Notes under the pieces: generated by a model
The model's database searches: none
What the model was told of the DNA's origin: nothing
Seen by the model: only the letters and a program-made list of their open reading frames with translations
Assembly: GCA_963666485.2 (NCBI GenBank)
Contig: CAXXUO010000001.1
Coordinates: forward strand, 1,184,001 to 1,248,000
DNA from: Syntrophorhabdaceae bacterium
GTDB lineage: Bacteria; Desulfobacterota; Syntrophorhabdia; Syntrophorhabdales; Syntrophorhabdaceae
DNA: 64,000 bases
Direction of reading: 5' to 3'
Shown: one piece after another, positions 55,339-64,000 of the stretch
Layout: every line of letters starts with the position of its first letter
Numbering within the stretch: position 1 is the stretch's first letter
Program-made: the position numbers and the translations under genes

Positions 55339-56504
55339 GAGGGGTCCCGTTCGCATACAGCCTGCGGAACCTCTGGACCAGGAGGCTGACGACGATCCTG
55401 ACCGTTTCAGGCATGGCGCTTGTCGTCTTTGTTTTTACAACGATCCTGATGCTTGCGCAGGGCCTTAAGAAGACCCTCGTTGAGACCGGTTCCTACGATA
55501 ATGCCGTTGTCATACGCAAGGGATCGGGCTCCGAGGTGCAGAGCTGGATCGACAGGGCGCAGGCGGGGATCATAGAAACGGACCCGCTCGTTGCAACGGG
55601 GTCTGACGGAAAGCCGCTTGTCGCACGCGAACTGGTCGTTCTTATCGGGCTTCCCAAGAAGGACACGGAGAAAATATCGAACGTGACCATCCGCGGTATA
55701 AGCGAGGCCTCCCTTGCCCTGCGTCCCCAGGTGGCCCTCGTGCGGGGAAGAATGCCGAAGGCAGGCTCCTCGGAGGTCGTTGTCGGCTCGAGCGTCGCAC
55801 GCCGCTTCAAGGGTGCGGACCTGGGAGGCGAGCTGCGTTTCGGGATGCGGCAATGGAGGATCGTCGGGATCTTCGACGCGGGGAATACCGGGTTCACATC
55901 CGAGATCTGGGGGGATGTCGAGCAGCTCATGCCGGCCTTCAGGCGGCCGGTTTTCTCATCGATGATCCTTCGCATGAGCGACCCCTCGCAATTTGATGCG
56001 TTGAAAGCAAGGATCGAGACAAATCCCCGGCTTACCCAGGAGGTGAAAAGGGAGACGCGCTATTATCTCGAGCAGTCCGAGATGATGGCGAAGTTCCTGC
56101 GCATACTCGGCATCTCCCTCACACTCATCTTTTCCCTGGGCGCGATCATAGGCGCGATGATCACGATGTACGCAGCCGTGGCCAACCGGGTAGGGGAGAT
56201 CGGGACCTTACGGGCCCTCGGGTTCAGGCGAAGGAGCATATTGATCGCTTTCCTCATGGAAGCGCTGCTGCTCGGGGTTTCCGGCGGGCTGGCAGGGCTC
56301 TTCTTCGCTTCGTTCATGCAGCTCGTGACCGTGTCGACGGTCAATTTCCAGACATTCTCTGAGCTTGCCTTCAGGTTCAGCCTGACGTTCGGCATCGCCA
56401 TGCAGGGCCTGGCCTTCGCCGTCATGATGGGATTCATGGGCGGTGTCCTTCCGGCGGTCAGGGCTGCGCACATGAATATCGTCGAAGCACTGCGGACCAA
56501 GTAA
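55335..56504 (+). CDS. ABC transporter permease (MacB/FtsX family)
   Basis: RNLWTR..TT.LT; R.GEIGTLRALGF; PAVRAA. Confidence 0.92.
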   Translation: MRGVPFAYSLRNLWTRRLTTILTVSGMALVVFVFTTILMLAQGLKKTLVETGSYDNAVVIRKGSGSEVQSWIDRAQAGIIETDPLVATGSDGKPLVARELVVLIGLPKKDTEKISNVTIRGISEASLALRPQVALVRGRMPKAGSSEVVVGSSVARRFKGADLGGELRFGMRQWRIVGIFDAGNTGFTSEIWGDVEQLMPAFRRPVFSSMILRMSDPSQFDALKARIETNPRLTQEVKRETRYYLEQSEMMAKFLRILGISLTLIFSLGAIIGAMITMYAAVANRVGEIGTLRALGFRRRSILIAFLMEALLLGVSGGLAGLFFASFMQLVTVSTVNFQTFSELAFRFSLTFGIAMQGLAFAVMMGFMGGVLPAVRAAHMNIVEALRTK

Positions 56505-56607
56505 AGCGGGGCATTTTCATTCCCAATGTTCCATCTTTTCCGCAAGATAAGGATATCATTGTTCGTTTTGATTGACTCATCCCTGCATCTATTTTAACAT
56601 TGAGGAT

Positions 56608-56634
56608 TAAACGAACTTTCAAATATACCGATAA
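56608..56634 (+). promoter_or_regulatory. Putative sigma-28 (FliA) promoter
   Basis: TAAA-N15-ACCGATAA, one mismatch from TAAA-N15-GCCGATAA, 20 bp before the dual-receiver gene. Confidence 0.6.
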
Positions 56635-56654
56635 GATATGACAGAGGACAGCTG

Positions 56655-57446
56655 ATGAAAAAGATCCTGATCGTCGACGATGATCCCGAGATACACAAAT
56701 TACTGAGGTTCCGTCTTATAGGGGAGGGCTATAGCGTCATTACGGCCGTCGATGCATATGGCGCGATACAGAACGCCCGGCGGGAAAAACCGGACCTTAT
56801 CATTCTCGACATTATGCTGCCGGGCGGCGGCGGCGTCCACGCCCTGAAGAACATACGGCTTATCCCCGACACGGCGTCGATCCCCGTCGTTGTCTTAACG
56901 GGCACTACCGACGAGGACGTAAAGAAGCAGATAATAGAGCTCGGCGTCCAGGAGTACCTGACCAAACCGTTTGAGTACGAGACTGTGAGCCGCGCGATAG
57001 CCGGGCTCTTGAAGCATACACCCGAGGAGCAGGTACATGAGGAAAAACCTCGGGACGTTCTGGGGAAGGTCCTCGTCGTGGATGACGATCCCGATATTGT
57101 GAAATTACTCAGCCGGCAGCTGTCCCAGGAAGGGTACGAGGTGGTCGTCGCCTCCGATGCGTATCATGCCATCCAGACGATCCTCCGGGAAAAACCGGAC
57201 CTTATCATTCTCGACATCATGCTGCCGGGCGGCGGCGGGCTTCATGTCCTTCAGAAGATAAGGGCAGTGCCCGGGGTCGCGGGAATTCCGGTCATCATCC
57301 TTACCGGCACTCATGATGCGCAGATAAAGCAGAAGATAATCGAAGAACATGTCGACGGTTATTTCGAGAAACCGTACGATTATACGGTCCTCGGCGGTTC
57401 CATCAAGGCCCTGCTTTCAGCCGCGCCGTCCCCTGCCGCCCTTTGA
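56655..57446 (+). CDS. Response regulator with two receiver domains and no output domain
   Basis: Two copies of VDDD...PDLIILDIMLPG...LTG...KP(F/Y). Confidence 0.92.
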   Translation: MKKILIVDDDPEIHKLLRFRLIGEGYSVITAVDAYGAIQNARREKPDLIILDIMLPGGGGVHALKNIRLIPDTASIPVVVLTGTTDEDVKKQIIELGVQEYLTKPFEYETVSRAIAGLLKHTPEEQVHEEKPRDVLGKVLVVDDDPDIVKLLSRQLSQEGYEVVVASDAYHAIQTILREKPDLIILDIMLPGGGGLHVLQKIRAVPGVAGIPVIILTGTHDAQIKQKIIEEHVDGYFEKPYDYTVLGGSIKALLSAAPSPAAL

Positions 57447-57884
57447 GGCGAGGATCGCATATTCAAAACCGTCGATAAGAGCAACGAACGAGGCCTGATT
57501 GATATTTTCCGACATGGCGACGACGCTCCATATGTCTTCACCGTCGGAAAAGATGATATTCACCTCGACATTTGCTGCTGTGCCCGACCGGGAATCGTGG
57601 ATGCGCGATGAAAAATCGACAAGCGATACCCCCTGTATCACGGGGAATATCGACGACAGGGATTTCTTGAGGACGTTCGCAAGGGCATCGACCGGGCCCA
57701 CACCCGTCGATGCCTCGTGCATCTGCCTTCTTTTTGCCTTGATTATGACGGTCGCCTCGGGCCTTAAGCCATCGTCGATAAGCCGGTACGTCCCGACCAC
57801 TTCAAAGGGGGCCTTGTAATCCTTCTTGGATCTCAGGATATTGAGGTCCTTTGTCGCATCGATGATGTTGACGAGTTTGCTCAC
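57417..57884 (-). CDS. Stand-alone LeuA/CimA allosteric (regulatory) domain protein
   Basis: EATV...GVGPVDAL...L.DFSSRI...GTAA..WSVV..SENI.QAS..AL.D, parallel to the C-terminus of the adjacent CimA. Confidence 0.82.
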   Translation of the reverse strand: MSKLVNIIDATKDLNILRSKKDYKAPFEVVGTYRLIDDGLRPEATVIIKAKRRQMHEASTGVGPVDALANVLKKSLSSIFPVIQGVSLVDFSSRIHDSRSGTAANVEVNIIFSDGEDIWSVVAMSENINQASFVALIDGFEYAILASKGGRGRRG

Positions 57885-59452
57885 TACTTTTTCTCCTCTT
57901 CAATAAGAAGCTTGTAGTCGATGCTGTCAACAAGCGCGCGCCAGCTTGCCTCGATGATATTTTCCGAGACGCCGACTGTTCCCCAGCTGTGCTTGCCGTC
58001 GCTCGACTCGATGAGAACGCGGGTAGGGGCGCCCGTGCCTTCCTGCGTTGAAAGCACGCGGACCTTGTAATCGACGAGGTCCATCGTCTTGAGGTCGGGG
58101 TAGAATTTTTGAAGCGATTTCCGCAGGGCATTGTCGAGTGCGTTGACAGGGCCTTTTCCGAGCGCGGCCGTGTGCTCTATCTTATCTCCGACCTTGACGA
58201 GGATCGTCGCTTCCGTGACCGGCTGCGACCGCTCTTTCTTCTCGACGATGATCCTGAAACCGATCAATTCAAAATACGACCTGTGGATACCGAGCTTTTT
58301 CTTGATGAGGAGCTCGAGCGACCCCTCAGCACCTTCAAACTGGTATCCGCGCATCTCCATCTCTTTGATCCTGCCGATGATCTCCTTCGCGAGGTCCGGG
58401 TCCTTCTCTATGTCTATGTTAAATTCCTTTGCCTTGTACCGGATCGAAGCCTCACCGGACAGGTCCGAGATAAGGACCCTCTGTGAGTTCCCGATAAGGT
58501 CGGGCCGTATGTGCTCGTATGTTTCAGGGTTCTTCCGAATGGCGCTCACATGGATGCCGCCCTTATGGGCGAACGCGCTTTCCCCGACGTAGGGGCGGTG
58601 CTTGTCGGGAATGAAATTTGCCATTTCATCGACGAAGAGGCTGAGCTCCCTCAAGCGCTCGATCTTCGCCCTTTCGATGCCGGTATGCCCCATTTTCAGT
58701 ATCACGTTGGGGATAATGGAGCAGAGGTTTGCATTACCGCAGCGCTCACCGTAGCCGTTTATCGTGCCCTGGACCTGGGTGCACCCGGCCCTGACGGCCA
58801 TGAGCGTGTTGGCGACGGCGAGTTCCGTATCATTATGGGTGTGGATCCCGAGCCGCGCTTTTGTTGTTTTCGCGATGCCGCGGGTTATGTCGAAGATCTC
58901 GAACGGCATGGTGCCCCCGTTCGTATCACAGAGTACCAGGACGTCGGCACCGGCGCCGCCGGCCGACGCGAGAACCGCGAGCGCATAGTCGGGGTTGCGC
59001 TTGTACCCGTCATAAAAATGCTCCGCATCGAAGAAGACCGTTTTGCCGAGGCGCTTCAGGTGGCCGATCGTGTCCGCGATCATCTTCAGGTTGGCTTCGA
59101 GGCTGACCCGCAGTGCATCGCGTACATGGAGGTCCCAGCTCTTCCCGACGATGGCGACGCAGTCGGTCCCGGCATCGAGCAGAGCCTTCATGACGGGGTC
59201 GTTCCCCGGTTTTGCGTTGGCCTTTATCGTGCTCGAGAAGGCGACGATGCGGGCGTTTTTAAGCGTGAGATTTTTTACTTCCTTGAAATACTGCAGGTCT
59301 TTCGGGTTGGAGCCCGGCCAGCCGCCTTCGATATAGTGTATCCCGAAGTCGTCAAGCCTTTCCGTTATCCGGAGCTTGTCGGTCAGACTGAAGGCAATGT
59401 CCTCTGACTGGGCCCCATCCCGGAGGGTGGTGTCGTAAAACTCTACCCTCAA
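57884..59452 (-). CDS. cimA: Citramalate synthase
   Basis: [49 protein letters not shown]. Confidence 0.92.
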   Translation of the reverse strand: MRVEFYDTTLRDGAQSEDIAFSLTDKLRITERLDDFGIHYIEGGWPGSNPKDLQYFKEVKNLTLKNARIVAFSSTIKANAKPGNDPVMKALLDAGTDCVAIVGKSWDLHVRDALRVSLEANLKMIADTIGHLKRLGKTVFFDAEHFYDGYKRNPDYALAVLASAGGAGADVLVLCDTNGGTMPFEIFDITRGIAKTTKARLGIHTHNDTELAVANTLMAVRAGCTQVQGTINGYGERCGNANLCSIIPNVILKMGHTGIERAKIERLRELSLFVDEMANFIPDKHRPYVGESAFAHKGGIHVSAIRKNPETYEHIRPDLIGNSQRVLISDLSGEASIRYKAKEFNIDIEKDPDLAKEIIGRIKEMEMRGYQFEGAEGSLELLIKKKLGIHRSYFELIGFRIIVEKKERSQPVTEATILVKVGDKIEHTAALGKGPVNALDNALRKSLQKFYPDLKTMDLVDYKVRVLSTQEGTGAPTRVLIESSDGKHSWGTVGVSENIIEASWRALVDSIDYKLLIEEEKK

Positions 59453-60684
59453 GTCTCCTCCGTCACATCACCTGCGTCGAGCCCGAAGTTTTTATGGAGT
59501 GCACGTACCGCGAGTTCGCCGTACTTGCTCTCGATAACACAGGATATCTTGATCTCGGAGGTGGAGATGAGCTCAATGTTTATCCCTTCCGCCGCGAGGA
59601 TGGTGAACATCTTGGATGCAACACCGGAATGGGAGCGCATGCCGAGTCCCACGATAGACACCTTTGCCATGTCTTCATCGACGGCGACCTTCGCGCCGAT
59701 CGCTTCCCCGATCTCGTTCGTGATCTTGAAGGCTTTCTTGGCGTCGGCTTTCACGACCGTGAACGTAATATCGTTGAACCCGTCATGGCTGACATTCTGT
59801 ACGATCATGTCGACCACGATGTTCGCTTCGCTCAGTGCCGTAAAGATCTTCGAGGCTATTCCCGGTTTGTCGGGAACTTTGTTGACCGTTATCTTTGCTT
59901 CATTTTTATTGTAAGTGATCCCTGAAATGACGACTTTTTCCATCATGTCTCTTTCCTCCTTGCAGACAAGCGTTCCTTTCCCCTCTTCGATGAGGGACGA
60001 TTTGACCAGAATCGGGACATTGTACTTCTGGGCCAGTTCAACCGAACGGATCTGAAGCACCTTTGCCCCGAGAGACGCCATTTCCAGCATCTCCTCGTAG
60101 GATATCTTGTCAAGACGCCGTGCTTTTTCGCATATGTTCGGGTCTGTTGTATAGACGCCGTCGACGTCCGTGTATATTTCGCAGACATCTGCCTTGAGGC
60201 CGGCAGCGAGGGCCACGGCAGTGGTGTCGGAGCCGCCCCTTCCGAGGGTCGTTATGTAACCGTGCTCATCGACACCCTGGAAGCCGGGGACGATGACGAT
60301 ATAGCCTTCTTTGAGTTTCGCGCGGACCGCCTCATCTTCTACATCGGCGATACGGGCGAACCCGTAGGTCGAGTCGCTGACGATCCTCACCTGGTCGGCG
60401 AGCAGTGAGATCGCCTTGTAACCCATTTCTATGAGGGTCATCGCAAGAAGGGCCGATGTGACCTGCTCTCCTGTTGAGATAAGGACGTCCGTCTCTCGCA
60501 AATCGGGAAACTTCGCAATCTCCTGGGCAAGGTTGAGCAGACGGTCTGTCTCGCCTGACATCGCTGAAACGACGACGATGACATCCATCCCGCGCTTCTT
60601 GTAATCAATGGCGCGCCTCGCTACATTTTGGATCCTCTGCACATCCCTGACGGACGTGCCTCCATATTTTTGAACTACGAGCAT
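59449..60684 (-). CDS. lysC: Aspartate kinase
   Basis: [29 protein letters not shown], two ACT domains (STSEIKIS). Confidence 0.96.
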   Translation of the reverse strand: MLVVQKYGGTSVRDVQRIQNVARRAIDYKKRGMDVIVVVSAMSGETDRLLNLAQEIAKFPDLRETDVLISTGEQVTSALLAMTLIEMGYKAISLLADQVRIVSDSTYGFARIADVEDEAVRAKLKEGYIVIVPGFQGVDEHGYITTLGRGGSDTTAVALAAGLKADVCEIYTDVDGVYTTDPNICEKARRLDKISYEEMLEMASLGAKVLQIRSVELAQKYNVPILVKSSLIEEGKGTLVCKEERDMMEKVVISGITYNKNEAKITVNKVPDKPGIASKIFTALSEANIVVDMIVQNVSHDGFNDITFTVVKADAKKAFKITNEIGEAIGAKVAVDEDMAKVSIVGLGMRSHSGVASKMFTILAAEGINIELISTSEIKISCVIESKYGELAVRALHKNFGLDAGDVTEET

Positions 60685-60755
60685 GGTGAACCTCCGGGAA
60701 TAAAATATGGATAACTCAAGGAACTAATGGGTCTTTTCTGCCGTCTTCACGGCTG

Positions 60756-61181
60756 TCAGCCTTGGTTTTCCTGCATGATAATAACAATTTTTCGCTCCAT
60801 TTCTCCAGTGATTTCTATGTGTACGTCGATCACACCTTCCCACCACGAGGTCCTTTCCGCCCATTCCACAGCCACGATACCGCCAGCCAGGAATTCTTCG
60901 ATGTCGAGCTCCGAAAGGCCGCTCTCGAGCCGGTACAGGTCGACGTGGCACAACGTCATCCTGCCTTCGTATACGTTCATAAGGGTGAATGTGGGGCTGA
61001 CGACATATTCCCAGTCGGGGACCCCGAGACCGCGGGCGATGCCCTTGACGAACTGCGTCTTGCCGGCGCCAAGGTTGCCGTAGATCGCGTAGACCTGTCC
61101 GGGCCGCGAGGAGGAGCCGATACGTTCGCCTATAGCGACTGTATCAGAGGGACCTTTCGAGATAAATTCGATCCGTTCCAT
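60756..61181 (-). CDS. tsaE: tRNA t6A37 biosynthesis ATPase TsaE
   Basis: GNLGAGKT, SPTFTL, HVDLYRL, VEWAE. Confidence 0.95.
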   Translation of the reverse strand: MERIEFISKGPSDTVAIGERIGSSSRPGQVYAIYGNLGAGKTQFVKGIARGLGVPDWEYVVSPTFTLMNVYEGRMTLCHVDLYRLESGLSELDIEEFLAGGIVAVEWAERTSWWEGVIDVHIEITGEMERKIVIIMQENQG

Positions 61182-62718
61182 TGCGGATGTCCTCGATCGC
61201 GCGGCCGAGCCCGGTTAAAAGATCACAGGCGAGGAGGTCCATGTCGGAGTTGTCCTCGACCCACGTGTCGGCCATGTAGCCATGGAGATAGGCCCCGAGA
61301 AGGGTGCTTTCCGTGAGGGTGTAGCCCTGCGAGGCAAGGCCCCCGATAAAACCGGTCAGGATGTCGCCGCTGCCTCCCTTGGCAAGCGACGGGTTCCCCG
61401 TGGGATTCAAGAACATCCCGCCTCCGGGTACCGCGAGGACGCTCGTCGCGCCCTTGAGGAGTATAGCGACCCCCCATGCGTCTGAGAACGATCGGGCCGT
61501 TTCGATCCGCGAGGCATTGACCTCTTTCGGTGTCCTGCCGACGAGACGGGCCATCTCGCCGGGATGGGGAGTTAAGACCGTCTGCCGTTTCGTGCCCTTC
61601 AGGACATCCGTGTGGCCCTGAAATGCGTTGATCCCGTCTGCATCGATGACAAAAGGTTTGTCGATCTCGGTGTATATTCTCCGGACGACTTCCGCGACCC
61701 CGTCGTTCTGTGAAAGGCCGGGGCCCGCTATGATGACGTCTTTATCGCTGACAAAAGATGCAATATCGTCAAAGGACCCGGGTACAAAGAACCCCTTGCC
61801 GTCATCCCTGACAGGATACGTCATCACCTCTGTCGTCTTTGTTTCCAGCACAGGGTTCAATGTCGCCGGTACGATGAGTGTGACGAGCCCGGCACCGATC
61901 TTGAGCGCTGCGAGCGAAGCCATGTGCGCCGCCCCGGTCTTTCCGGGAGAACCCGCGATGACAACGGCATGGCCGAAAGAACCTTTATGCGACGCTTTGC
62001 CGCGCGCCTTGAGGAACCTCCGCAGCATTCCCCCGTCCGCTACCTCCGCGTCGAAGCCTACCGTATCCTCGACAAAAGAGGGAATGGAGATGTCGATAAC
62101 GGTCAGCCGGCCCGCATGCTCCGATCCGGGCGGCATTACCTGGCCGATCTTGGGGTAGGCGTACGTATATGTGTGTTCCGCGCGGATGGCACTGCCAAGC
62201 ACATTCCCGGTGGCGCCGTCTATACCCGAAGGGATATCAACCGAAATGACGGGCATGCCGGACGCATTGACCGCGTCTATAATCGTTTTCTCTATCCCGC
62301 CGACAGGTTTCGAGAGGCCTGTTCCAAAGATGGCGTCGACGATGACATCGGCATGTTTCAGGATCATCTCAAGATTCCCGGAACCGCCCGTCAGTTCCAC
62401 GATCTCTCCCGCCAGTGACGCATAGAGGTTCATATTCAGCGCGGCATCGCCTTTCAGGTCATTTCGCGCGCCAATGAGGAGGACCCGCACCGTGTAGCCG
62501 TCGATCATTGCATACCGGGCGATAACGAAGCCATCCCCCCCGTTGTTGCCGCGCCCACATATAACGACAATTCTTTTACGGTCTTTCAGATATTTTTCTT
62601 TCATCAGCCGGTACGTGTTGCGCCCCGCATTTTCCATGAGGACCGCTGACGGAATGCCCCACGTTTCGATGGCGTACCTGTCGTATTGTGCCATTCTCTG
62701 CGGTGAAAGGACTTTCAT
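61144..62718 (-). CDS. nnr: Bifunctional NAD(P)H-hydrate epimerase/dehydratase
   Basis: LMENAG, GRGNNGGDG, DAIFGTG, HKGSFG, LTPHPGEM, GGSGDIL.G. Confidence 0.95.
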   Translation of the reverse strand: MKVLSPQRMAQYDRYAIETWGIPSAVLMENAGRNTYRLMKEKYLKDRKRIVVICGRGNNGGDGFVIARYAMIDGYTVRVLLIGARNDLKGDAALNMNLYASLAGEIVELTGGSGNLEMILKHADVIVDAIFGTGLSKPVGGIEKTIIDAVNASGMPVISVDIPSGIDGATGNVLGSAIRAEHTYTYAYPKIGQVMPPGSEHAGRLTVIDISIPSFVEDTVGFDAEVADGGMLRRFLKARGKASHKGSFGHAVVIAGSPGKTGAAHMASLAALKIGAGLVTLIVPATLNPVLETKTTEVMTYPVRDDGKGFFVPGSFDDIASFVSDKDVIIAGPGLSQNDGVAEVVRRIYTEIDKPFVIDADGINAFQGHTDVLKGTKRQTVLTPHPGEMARLVGRTPKEVNASRIETARSFSDAWGVAILLKGATSVLAVPGGGMFLNPTGNPSLAKGGSGDILTGFIGGLASQGYTLTESTLLGAYLHGYMADTWVEDNSDMDLLACDLLTGLGRAIEDIRNGTDRIYLERSL

Positions 62719-62732
62719 ATGAGCCCCCTGTA

Positions 62733-62767
62733 AACGTTCTACGTTCTACGTTCTACGTTCTAGGTTC
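62733..62767. repeat. Heptamer array (ACGTTCT)4 plus one variant
   Basis: Between the acpS stop and the nnr start. Confidence 0.88.
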
Positions 62768-62801
62768 GTCTTGCGTTCCGGACGTAGCCGGAAGTCCGGA
62801 C

Positions 62802-63131
62802 TTATACCTGTTCTTTTAGCATTACTACTGCTATTGCGTATAGTTTTTCGTGCGAGATGCTCACGTTATCGTAGCGTAAACCGTGGTACATGATAAAAGG
62901 CCTCCCGGATTCGCTGAGCACCTCGATATCCCTGAAGACGAGCCGGCGCCCGGACGCCTTCATAAATGCCTCCTTGGCTGCAAACCTGCCCGCCAGAGAC
63001 TCTTCCTTGCGCTTCTTCTTCCCGGCGTATGCTACCTCCGCAGGCGTAAACACCTTTTCCAGGAATTTCTCCCCGTACCGTTCCACCATCCCGGCAATCC
63101 GCCGGATATCGACTATATCAATACCAATCAT
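62802..63131 (-). CDS. acpS: Holo-[acyl-carrier-protein] synthase
   Basis: IGIDIV.I.RI; LAGRFAAKEAFMKA; VSISHE; follows pdxJ. Confidence 0.95.
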   Translation of the reverse strand: MIGIDIVDIRRIAGMVERYGEKFLEKVFTPAEVAYAGKKKRKEESLAGRFAAKEAFMKASGRRLVFRDIEVLSESGRPFIMYHGLRYDNVSISHEKLYAIAVVMLKEQV

Positions 63132-63138
63132 AAAAAAC

Positions 63139-63209
63139 CGTTCCACGTTCCAGGTTCCACGTTCCAGGTTGGTTTTTGCGTGGAACCTGGAACGTGGAAC
63201 CTGGAACGG
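63139..63209. repeat. Inverted pair of heptamer arrays (SGTTCCA x4 / TGGAACS x4) forming a long hairpin
   Basis: CGTTCCA CGTTCCA GGTTCCA CGTTCCA...TGGAACC TGGAACG TGGAACC TGGAACG in the pdxJ-acpS spacer. Confidence 0.9.
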
Positions 63210-63212
63210 TTT

Positions 63213-63926
63213 TTATTTAATTAGTTTAATCATATCCCTCACCGCCCTGTCCAGGCCGACAAATACGGCGCGGGCGATGATGCTGTGACCGATGCTCAGT
63301 TCGTGTATCTCCGGGATGACGGCAACGTCCCGCACGTTGTGGTAGTGGAGTCCGTGCCCTGCATTGACCCCGAGATCGAACTCCCGTCCGAGGGATGCGG
63401 CCCGTATCACCTTCTTGAGCTCTTTCTCCCGTATCCGGCTTGTCCGGGCGTCGGCGTAGGCACCCGTGTGTATCTCGATCATATCGGCCCCGATGTCCGA
63501 TGCGGCCTTGATCTGCGATTCGTCGGGATCGACAAAGAGGCTTACCGTGATGCCGTGCTTCCTCGCCGCTTTGATCACCTTCTCTATTTTCGAGGCGGAC
63601 CGTATGACGTCGAGGCCGCCCTCCGTTGTGAGTTCCTGGCGTTTTTCCGGGACGAGCGTGACCATGTCGGGCCTCGTCCGCTCGGCGATCTTCGTCATCT
63701 CGGGTGTGGCGGCCATCTCGAGGTTGAGCTTTGTCCTGACGACATCGCGCAGCATCTTCAGGTCACGGTCCTTTATATGCCTGCGGTCTTCCCTCAGGTG
63801 GATTATGATCCCTTTTGCGCCTGTCATTTCCACTATTCCCGCTGCGTAGACCGGATCGGGATAATGTATGCCGCGCGCTTCGCGCAGGGTTGCTATGTGG
63901 TCTATATTTACCATCAATTCAGGCAT
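63213..63926 (-). CDS. pdxJ: Pyridoxine 5'-phosphate synthase
   Basis: VNIDHIATLR, HLREDRRHI, LNLEMA, ELTTEGG, NAGHGL, IGHSII. Confidence 0.97.
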   Translation of the reverse strand: MPELMVNIDHIATLREARGIHYPDPVYAAGIVEMTGAKGIIIHLREDRRHIKDRDLKMLRDVVRTKLNLEMAATPEMTKIAERTRPDMVTLVPEKRQELTTEGGLDVIRSASKIEKVIKAARKHGITVSLFVDPDESQIKAASDIGADMIEIHTGAYADARTSRIREKELKKVIRAASLGREFDLGVNAGHGLHYHNVRDVAVIPEIHELSIGHSIIARAVFVGLDRAVRDMIKLIK

Positions 63927-64000
63927 GGTGTATCCTCCGCGATAGAATTGTATACATAAACCGGTCGTTACTTTATATCGACAGATATCGGGCTTTCTTT

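Overview
A 64 kb stretch of gene-dense chromosomal DNA from an anaerobic bacterium. The gene content (GltD-fused [FeFe]-hydrogenase, W/Mo aldehyde:ferredoxin oxidoreductase, HDOD/PilZ/hybrid kinase signalling, pdxJ-acpS-nnr-tsaE-lysC-cimA order) suggests a deltaproteobacterial, possibly syntrophic, organism; this is inference. About 57 CDS are supported. I saw no rRNA, tRNA, CRISPR array, integrase or intact transposase. Main points of interest: (1) a tightly coupled operon joining a succinate dehydrogenase/fumarate reductase with one small anchor to a low-potential Rieske protein and cytochrome b, with no cytochrome c; (2) right behind it, an intact 629-aa Type IIG restriction-modification homologue whose nuclease and methyltransferase motifs both look inactivated; (3) a single-chain [FeFe]-hydrogenase/GltD/NuoE-like fusion whose N-terminal ferredoxin domain has no Cys; (4) a roughly 320-nt nested inverted-repeat element with G-U pairs and an inner 24-bp perfect IR, between two convergent genes and bracketed by heptamer arrays; (5) many 7-bp tandem arrays at gene ends; (6) unusual transcription-factor paralogues (sigma region-2 ORF missed by the ORF track, truncated NusA-like, NusG/RfaH-like); (7) a PurF with Ser in place of the catalytic Cys1. 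All family assignments come from reading motifs by eye; no database search was run.
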